The notes under the pieces are model-generated. The model made no database searches. It was not told where the DNA came from and was given only the letters and a program-made list of their open reading frames with translations. This document shows positions 57,034 through 64,000 of a stretch of DNA of 64,000 nt, in pieces (positions within the stretch are counted from its first letter, which is position 1; every line of letters starts with the position of its first letter). The translations under genes and the position numbers were made by a program. The stretch spans positions 1-64,000 of the forward strand of contig CAVSQB010000013.1 of NCBI GenBank assembly GCA_963729895.1, given 5' to 3'. Source of the stretch: an uncultured Fibrobacterota bacterium. Its GTDB lineage: Bacteria > Fibrobacterota > Chitinivibrionia > Chitinivibrionales > FEN-1185.

Positions 57034-59013
57034 TTACTGACGATTCTTTACAAGCGAATCCACAACGCTCGGATCCGCAAGCGTCGATGTATCCCCCAAG
57101 CTGCCGATGTCGTTCTCCGCGATTTTGCGCAGAATGCGGCGCATTATCTTGCCCGAGCGGGTCTTGGGCAGGCCCGGGGCAAACTGGATCTTGTCGGGCA
57201 CGGCGATGGGGCCGATCTCCTTACGGACGTGGTTCATGAGTTCTTTCTTCAGTTCGTTGCTTTCAGCGACTCCGTCTACAAGCGTAACAAACGCGTACAA
57301 GCCCTGTCCCTTGATCTCATGCGGCATGGGCGTGACTGCCGCTTCAGCGACCTTCGGGTGGCTCACAAGCGCGCTCTCCACCTCCGCGGTGCCGATACGA
57401 TGTCCGGACACATTGACTACATCGTCGATGCGTCCCATGAGCCAGTAATCTCCTTCCTCATCAACTCGACAACCGTCGCCCGTAAAGTACAAGTCGTTGT
57501 ACATGGAGAAATACGTGTCGATGAATCGGTTGTGATCACCCCACATTGTGCGCATCATCCCCGGCCAGGGTTTCTTGATGCATAATTTGCCGCCTTCGTT
57601 TACGGCGCATTCGGTGCCGTCGTCGCGAAGGACAACGGGATCAACGCCGAAGAACGGCCTGTTGGCGCTGCCCGGCTTGAGCGTGTGCGCGCCCGGCAGC
57701 GGGGTGATGAGAATGCCGCCGGTTTCGGTCTGCCACCAGGTGTCGACAATGGGGCATTTCTTGTGGCCGATGTTTTCGTAGTACCAGATCCATGCTTCCG
57801 GGTTGATAGGCTCCCCAACGCTGCCGAGCACACGCAAAGAGTCCATTTTGTATTTTGCCGGCCATGCTTCGCCTTCGCGCATGAGCGCTCGTATTGCGGT
57901 TGGCGCGGTGTAGAACACGGTTACCTTGAATTTGTCAATAATATGCCAGAAGCGGCCGGCATCCGGATATGTAGGCACACCCTCAAACATGAGCGACGTC
58001 GCGCCGTTGGCCAGAGGTCCGTACACAATATAAGAGTGCCCGGTTACCCAGCCGATGTCGGCCGTGCACCAATACACGTCATCGTCGTGAATGTCGAAAA
58101 TGTACTTATGCGATATCGCGGCATGAAGGAGGTAGCCTGCAGTCGTATGCACGACGCCCTTGGGTTTACCAGTTGAACCGGAGGTGTACAGAATGAACAG
58201 GTTGTCTTCGGCGTTCATGGTCTCAGGCTTGCAGTCGGCAGAGGCCTTTGCAATCTCCTCGTGATACCATGAGTCGCGCCCCGACGCCATGTTGCACGGC
58301 TCGTCTGTAACCTTTACCACAATTACCTTCTCAATGGTCGGAGCATTCTTGAGCGCCTCGTCGGCAATATCCTTAAGCTTGATGTGTTTCCCGGACCTCA
58401 GAGACACGTTGGAGGTCACCAGAAGTTTACACTGGGAGTCGTTGATCCTGCCCTTGAGAGAATCCGCGGAAAACCCGCCAAACACGATGGAATGAATTGC
58501 GCCGATACGGGCACAGGCGAGCATCGCCACTGGAAGTTCCGGAACCATGGGCATATAAATGGCAACGCGGTCGCCCTTTTTCACGCCCTTGGACTTTAGC
58601 ACATTGGCAAATTTGCAGACCTGTTCGTGGAGTTCCTTGTAGGTAATTTTGCGGACATTGTTCTCTTCCTCCCCCTGAAAGAGAATGGCCACCTTGTTCG
58701 CCGTTGCTGTTTTCAGATGACGGTCCAGGCAGTTGTACGATACGTTAAGCTGGCCGTCGGCAAACCAAGTGTGCTGTATTTTGCGGCCCTTTGTGTTCCA
58801 ATCGTACTCAAGAGCTTTGGTGGGGTTCTTGACCCACGTAATTATCTTTGCCTGTTCGAGCCAGAACGCGTCCGGGTCTTTTATCGATTTTTCCCACATG
58901 TTCTTGTAGGAATCGAAGCCCTTAACGTGCGCGCGCTCCTGCACCTCCGCCGACGGAGGGAATCTCCGCTTTTCCACCATAAGAGATTTCATCGCGTTTG
59001 GTTGATCCGCCAT
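57034..59013 (-). CDS. acs: Acetyl-CoA synthetase (AMP-forming)
   Basis: [42 protein letters not shown]. Confidence 0.97.
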   Translation of the reverse strand: MADQPNAMKSLMVEKRRFPPSAEVQERAHVKGFDSYKNMWEKSIKDPDAFWLEQAKIITWVKNPTKALEYDWNTKGRKIQHTWFADGQLNVSYNCLDRHLKTATANKVAILFQGEEENNVRKITYKELHEQVCKFANVLKSKGVKKGDRVAIYMPMVPELPVAMLACARIGAIHSIVFGGFSADSLKGRINDSQCKLLVTSNVSLRSGKHIKLKDIADEALKNAPTIEKVIVVKVTDEPCNMASGRDSWYHEEIAKASADCKPETMNAEDNLFILYTSGSTGKPKGVVHTTAGYLLHAAISHKYIFDIHDDDVYWCTADIGWVTGHSYIVYGPLANGATSLMFEGVPTYPDAGRFWHIIDKFKVTVFYTAPTAIRALMREGEAWPAKYKMDSLRVLGSVGEPINPEAWIWYYENIGHKKCPIVDTWWQTETGGILITPLPGAHTLKPGSANRPFFGVDPVVLRDDGTECAVNEGGKLCIKKPWPGMMRTMWGDHNRFIDTYFSMYNDLYFTGDGCRVDEEGDYWLMGRIDDVVNVSGHRIGTAEVESALVSHPKVAEAAVTPMPHEIKGQGLYAFVTLVDGVAESNELKKELMNHVRKEIGPIAVPDKIQFAPGLPKTRSGKIMRRILRKIAENDIGSLGDTSTLADPSVVDSLVKNRQ

Positions 59014-59314
59014 AGCATACTCCCTTCATAGATCGTTATTCGTGATTGAATATTTACAAAAAGCAACAGTGCTAACGCGTTATCATCCGGCAAGATGGAT
59101 TGACCACTTGCGCTGCAACACAAGCGCAAAGTGAAATAATATATATCGAATGGAATTGTCCGATCAAGCAGTATTGTGAACAAAATCCCATGAGCGGGTC
59201 CCACGTAAGGAGGTTCACTACGATTTTCCACTGGATGCATGAAGACCTTAAGCCCTCGAAATTCGGCACATCGTAGATCCGCAACGCGGAGTTGGCTGCA
59301 CTGTGCCGCCAAAT

Positions 59315-59347
59315 GCAAAAGGGGCGGTACGGTGCCGCCCCTTTTGC
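59315..59347. terminator. Bidirectional intrinsic terminator
   Basis: GCAAAAGGGGCGGTA...TGCCGCCCCTTTTGC. Confidence 0.8.
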
Positions 59348-59369
59348 GCGCATCAAACAATCCTGTTTG

Positions 59370-61187
59370 TCAGTCAAGGTAGAATTGGTTCACATTGTCA
59401 ATCACGTTTGCCGAATTCTTGTACTGTACATACCAATCGTCGAAATTTTTTTCCACGCTTTCACCAATCAGTTTACGTTGAATGGCGATGACCTCCGGGC
59501 TCCCCCACGGCACCGTTGCAGACGCGTTCTTGTGCCAGACGGGTTTTACTACGCAAAAAGAACCTGCCGCATCGATAATGTCGGAAACTTTTCCATCCGG
59601 CAACACAAACGCCGTGGCAACGGCCTGGTTGTTATAACCCACCGGAGTATACTGCAAGCGTCCAACCGTGTCGGTGACGCCGGAAATGATAAGTGAGTCC
59701 GATTTTGAGTAGCGGGCTACATCACCTTTGTCGGTCGTTTTCTGGCAAAAATCCGCAAGGTGCTTCTTTGCTTTTTCAAGCCTGCTTTCCTCGGCCAGAG
59801 TCCGCACGATACGCTCGCGAGCAACGTCCAGCGGCAGGATTCCTTTCTTCACTTTGAGTTTCACCTGAAGAATGAAATACCCTTCGTCGTTCTCCAAGAG
59901 GTCGGAGATTTCATTTTCGGCCCGGTTGAATGCAAACGAGGCCGCGCCGGCCACGCTCCCGATTTTGGGAATCATGTCCCCGCGTTTGAAAAGGCCCGTG
60001 GAATCAACCACCACGGAAGAAATCTTCTTTGACACGTTCTTGATGCCATCCGAAACAATAAGCCCGTGTACGCTGTCGGCAAGGGCGTTGAGTTTGTCAA
60101 TTGTCTCGCCCGAGGGAGATATTTTCCTCAGAATATGCCGCACATGCGCCATTTGCTTCCCATCCTTTATCTCCCGCTGTTCCACCAGAATAAGGTGGTA
60201 GCCGAATCGGGTTCGCACAGGCATGGAAATCTGATTGAGCGGGATCGAAAAGACAACCGAATCGAATTCAGGCACCATCGACCCTTTGGCGACCCAGCCG
60301 AGGTCGCCGCCCTGGGCAGCGGTGCTTTCGTCGTCCGATTCCAGCTTGGCTTCCTCGGAGAATGAAGAGTCGCCCATCTTAATCTTTCCGCGCAGGTTCG
60401 CAAGTTCATCGTAGGTGGCTTTAATGTCGGCGGGCGTGGCGACTTTCGGAATCTTTGCATAGTAGAGATCAACCTGTTCGTCCGTCACAAACGAATCCGG
60501 GTGCGCCTGATAATATCCGGTGACGGCTGCGTCGGAGGGTTTGTCCGGCTGGAAGGCTTGTACGTTCACCTTTGCGTATTCAAAAACGGCCTTTTCGTTT
60601 TGCATTCGATATTCATAGCTCACCTCGGCCTTTGTGGGAAAGTCCTGAACGGAGAGCAGCAGCCGTAGGGTTTGCAGCGGGACCGAAAACTCCTGAATGG
60701 TCTTTTCGAATTCCAGCATTCCCTGATTCTCGTAGATTTCTGGTTTGTTGAGGAAGGCGACGAACTTTGCAGTATCAAAAACGCCCTCAGTCTGAAACTG
60801 CTTTGCAGAAACAACTTCCTGAGGAGGATTCCTCTTTATAAACTCATACACTTCGTCAGTTGAAGCGCCGATCTTCATCTTGCGGAAAACTTCCCCGAGA
60901 AGAATCCTGCTCACCTCGGTTTCCCACACCTGCCGGGGGACCATGCGGCTTTGTGCGTCGGGAATTTCGGCGCCCGCGTAGCGCTCTCGTTCTTTTTCCC
61001 TCTCTGCGGTCACCATTCGCTCGAAGGTTTGCAGGGAAATCTCAGTGCCGTTCACCTTTCCAATCACGTTCTTAACGCGGTTGCGGCTGGAAAGGTCCAT
61101 TCCCCATGCAAACACAATAGTTGCGATAAAGGCGACGATCACAACCCACATTATGATTGCGGCATTGTTCCGTAACGATTGAATCAT
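59370..61187 (-). CDS. SurA/PpiD-like peptidyl-prolyl isomerase
   Basis: N-terminal TM, IGKVNGTEIS, SDD...GGDLGW...MVPEF...RFGYHLI parvulin domain. Confidence 0.88.
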   Translation of the reverse strand: MIQSLRNNAAIIMWVVIVAFIATIVFAWGMDLSSRNRVKNVIGKVNGTEISLQTFERMVTAEREKERERYAGAEIPDAQSRMVPRQVWETEVSRILLGEVFRKMKIGASTDEVYEFIKRNPPQEVVSAKQFQTEGVFDTAKFVAFLNKPEIYENQGMLEFEKTIQEFSVPLQTLRLLLSVQDFPTKAEVSYEYRMQNEKAVFEYAKVNVQAFQPDKPSDAAVTGYYQAHPDSFVTDEQVDLYYAKIPKVATPADIKATYDELANLRGKIKMGDSSFSEEAKLESDDESTAAQGGDLGWVAKGSMVPEFDSVVFSIPLNQISMPVRTRFGYHLILVEQREIKDGKQMAHVRHILRKISPSGETIDKLNALADSVHGLIVSDGIKNVSKKISSVVVDSTGLFKRGDMIPKIGSVAGAASFAFNRAENEISDLLENDEGYFILQVKLKVKKGILPLDVARERIVRTLAEESRLEKAKKHLADFCQKTTDKGDVARYSKSDSLIISGVTDTVGRLQYTPVGYNNQAVATAFVLPDGKVSDIIDAAGSFCVVKPVWHKNASATVPWGSPEVIAIQRKLIGESVEKNFDDWYVQYKNSANVIDNVNQFYLD

Positions 61188-61241
61188 GACTATGCTCCCG
61201 TTTACGCTGTCTCGAGTAAGGCGCGCAAACTGTTGCGCCTG

Positions 61242-63092
61242 CTATTGTTTCATTTTCGGCTTGAGCAAATTCTGGTACATCAATTTGTTCGAAATAATGG
61301 CGAGTGCGCTCTTGAACTGGGCGTCGTCGAGAAGCTTGATCCGGTACACGGCCTCGTTGTCTTGTCCCAAGTCCCGCACCATAAGCGCCTCGCGCAGGTA
61401 ATTCCGGATTTCCGGGTCATTTTTCGACACTTCGCGCTTGCTTTCATCTGCGAGGATCTTCGCCATTTGCTGCGAAATCTTCTTGAGCACGTCCATTTCT
61501 TCTTTTGTCCATTCCGGCTTCTTAACAAGTGAAAAAGCGGATGAATCGGCGCCCGAATTCTTCGTGGTATCTTTCGTGGAATCAAGTATGCCCGCCCGGG
61601 TCTTGAATTCGTCGAACACGAGCTGGGCATAGCTTTGGTATTTAAACGCGATAGAATCGAGAAAATGATTGTAGTCCTTCATGATGGGTTCCGTAATGGT
61701 AAACCTCTCGTCGATCTTGACATGTTTGGCCGAAAGCCGAGGATATTCGTAATTTGCAAAGGAAAAAAACACGTCTTTGAGGAACAGCGATCGGATGACG
61801 AAATCCGGCATTTTCTGTTCGATAATAGTATCGGGAATAATGCCGCCCTCGCCGTGCACGATTCGCATGTTTTTTGTGCGAAAGCTGGTGGTGTCCTTGC
61901 CTGCGATTTTCGAAGTGTCGGTTGCCTTGCCCGTCGAATCCTTCCCTTCCGCATTTTCTTCTTCGTCCTCATCCGATTTTTTGGTTTTGCCGCGAATGCC
62001 GTTTTCCGGCTTGTTAATACAGCGGCCAGACGGCGTGTAATAAAATGCCGTGGTAAGCTTCAGGTGGGTATCGTCGTCTATTTGAAGAATACTTTGAACC
62101 GATCCCTTGCCGAAGGTGGTGTCGCCCACAATCAGGCCGCGGTCCCAATCTTGTATGGCGCCCGAAACGATTTCGGAGGCGCTTGCGCTCGCGTTATTGA
62201 CAAGCACGATAAGCGGAATGTCAAGAGGCAATACGGGATTTGACGACACATAGTATTCCTTGTTCTGCCCCTGGACCCGCCCCCTGGTGTACACCACCAG
62301 CGATTTCTTTTGCAGGAACTTGTCGGCCACCTCAATTGCCTCGGGCAGGAGCCCGCCCGGGTTAAATCGCAGGTCAAAGATAACGCCCTTGATGTTGCGC
62401 TTGAGCAGTTCCCTTAGTGCTTTTTCGACTTCGGTGCCTGCATCCTGAGAAAACGTTTTGAGCGAGAGATACCCGATGCCTTCGCCGAAAACACCGTAGT
62501 AGGGGACCGATTTGATACGGATTATGGCACGGGTAATCTTGTACTCCAGGTCTTTGGGCTCTCCACGTCTGCGAATGGTGATGTTGACGTCGGTGTCCGG
62601 TGCGCCTCGCAGTTTGCCCACCGCTTCGTCAATTGTTATGCGATCGGTTGATTTGCCGTTTATCTTCAGAATCTGGTCGCCGGACTGGATGCCCGCCCGC
62701 TCCGCTGGCGTTCCCGGTATGGGCGTCATGACGGTAAGGACCTTGTCGCGGATGGAAATTTGAATGCCAAGGCCGCCAAACTTTCCTTCGGTTTGAATCA
62801 GCAGTTCGTCGAATTGCTTCTTCTCAAAGTAATTGCTGTGGGGATCGAGAATCGAAAGCATTCCCTCAATGGCGTTGTCGATAAGCTTCTTTGACTCGAT
62901 GCTTTCAACATAGTTCTGGTGGATCTTGGTGAAGACGCGGTCAAATCGCTGTACATCTTCATAGAAATTATCATTGTCTGCCTTTGTCACATCAAAGGCA
63001 AGACCGCCGATCACCACAACCAAAACGATCACACCCAGAAAGGGTATCCTGCCTGAAAGCATTTTTGATTCGTTTCCCGAAGTATTCTTCAT
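61242..63092 (-). CDS. S41 carboxyl-terminal processing protease (PDZ)
   Basis: LDPHS, FGGLGI, DLRFNPGGLL, SASASEIV, TFGKGSVQ; RBS GGAGG before ATG 63092. Confidence 0.93.
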   Translation of the reverse strand: MKNTSGNESKMLSGRIPFLGVIVLVVVIGGLAFDVTKADNDNFYEDVQRFDRVFTKIHQNYVESIESKKLIDNAIEGMLSILDPHSNYFEKKQFDELLIQTEGKFGGLGIQISIRDKVLTVMTPIPGTPAERAGIQSGDQILKINGKSTDRITIDEAVGKLRGAPDTDVNITIRRRGEPKDLEYKITRAIIRIKSVPYYGVFGEGIGYLSLKTFSQDAGTEVEKALRELLKRNIKGVIFDLRFNPGGLLPEAIEVADKFLQKKSLVVYTRGRVQGQNKEYYVSSNPVLPLDIPLIVLVNNASASASEIVSGAIQDWDRGLIVGDTTFGKGSVQSILQIDDDTHLKLTTAFYYTPSGRCINKPENGIRGKTKKSDEDEEENAEGKDSTGKATDTSKIAGKDTTSFRTKNMRIVHGEGGIIPDTIIEQKMPDFVIRSLFLKDVFFSFANYEYPRLSAKHVKIDERFTITEPIMKDYNHFLDSIAFKYQSYAQLVFDEFKTRAGILDSTKDTTKNSGADSSAFSLVKKPEWTKEEMDVLKKISQQMAKILADESKREVSKNDPEIRNYLREALMVRDLGQDNEAVYRIKLLDDAQFKSALAIISNKLMYQNLLKPKMKQ

Positions 63093-63209
63093 GACAACTC
63101 CTCCGCAAGAACGTTTCGCTGCGGCGCTCAACGGTGAAAATAGACGGCACGAAACCGTATAAAATACATTAGAGTTCCGCACTCCCCCACTTTTTATTTG
63201 GTAAGAAAA

Positions 63210-63842
63210 TCACCGTTGGCGAAGCAACCGCAGCGAAATTGTCTTCCACACGGAACGCGTCAGATCCTCTTCAGCCGTATTTCCGTTCAAAACCACAATC
63301 CTCTCTGGGTACAGCGAAGCAAGTTCGAGGTAGCCTTTCCGCACTTTTTCGTAGAATTCCCTCCCGTTACCTTCAAGGCGGTCCGGGTGCTTCTTTGTCT
63401 TTGCCAAACGCGCAAAAGCGGTATTCACGTCCAGGTCGAAGAGAAATGTGACCGAAGGAACCATGCCGCCTGTTGCAAATTCGTTGAGCCTTTTCAGCGT
63501 CTCCATCGCAATCCCCCTGGCGAACCCCTGGTACGCGAAAGTCGCTTCCATGAACCTGTCGCACAACACAATGTTGCCTTTGTCAATTTCAGGGGCAATT
63601 TTCTCGCATACGTGTTGTGCTCGCGCAGCAAGGTACAGGAGCACTTCGCATGCGTTGCACATGCTGTTATTTGCAGGAGAAAGCAGAATACCCCGGATGT
63701 CTTCGCTGATGCGGGTGCCCCCCGGCTCTCGCGTAACCACACAAGGGATTCCCTTTTTCGCAAGAATTTGCTGCGTGCGCGCAACCTGCGTACTTTTGCC
63801 GCATCCGTCAATACCCTCGAAAGTGACGAACAATCCGCTCAT
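63210..63842 (-). CDS. tmk: Thymidylate kinase
   Basis: [29 protein letters not shown]. Confidence 0.95.
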   Translation of the reverse strand: MSGLFVTFEGIDGCGKSTQVARTQQILAKKGIPCVVTREPGGTRISEDIRGILLSPANNSMCNACEVLLYLAARAQHVCEKIAPEIDKGNIVLCDRFMEATFAYQGFARGIAMETLKRLNEFATGGMVPSVTFLFDLDVNTAFARLAKTKKHPDRLEGNGREFYEKVRKGYLELASLYPERIVVLNGNTAEEDLTRSVWKTISLRLLRQR

Positions 63843-64000
63843 GCGGTTGCCCCGTGGCATTTTTTGTATTTTTTGCCGCTTCCACACGGGCAGGGATCAT
63901 TGCGGCCTACCGCAGGAGTGGTGCGCACGACGGGCATTCGACGCACCGGTCCCTCGGCTTGCTGCCCCCTGTTGGCGACCAACTGGCCTGTCGGGCGAGG

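Noticed and set aside
59174..59191. Rex-type operator upstream of acs
   Set aside because: Only one half-site (TTGTGAA) matches; the other half is poor

Overview
The window has two parts. (1) About 1-19.5 kb is an accessory island next to the 3' end of a tRNA-Ala(GGC) gene. It looks like a capsid-less integrative element (phage-satellite or integrated-plasmid type). Its core genes are a tyrosine integrase cut by an IS4 element, an excisionase-like HTH protein, a Cro-like HTH protein and an AEP-type primase-helicase followed by ori-like repeats; arm-type repeats lie next to the tRNA. Its cargo includes a single-chain SLOG(DprA-like)-PRTase fusion, a fused type IIG restriction-modification enzyme, a putative toxin plus HTH-ImmA/IrrE pair, an IS91/ISCR-type rolling-circle transposase with a tandemly duplicated oriIS-like end, an ORF6N pseudogene, and intact IS1380 and IS1595 insertions with visible IRs and TSDs. 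A dif/Xer-like site lies upstream of xis. (2) About 19.7-64 kb is GC-richer chromosomal backbone: glnS, gltX, ubiB-like, gnd, pdxB, trpB2, ugd, queA, folC, tmk, a SurA/PpiD-like protein, an S41 peptidase and several unusual hypothetical proteins. It also holds an acetate/lysine-acetylation cluster (CoA-transferase-GNAT, ADP-forming acetyl-CoA ligase, HDAC/AcuC, SatP, Acs), interrupted by an IS1182 that carries a nested IS3. No rRNA gene or CRISPR array was seen. All family calls come from reading motifs by eye, not from database searches.
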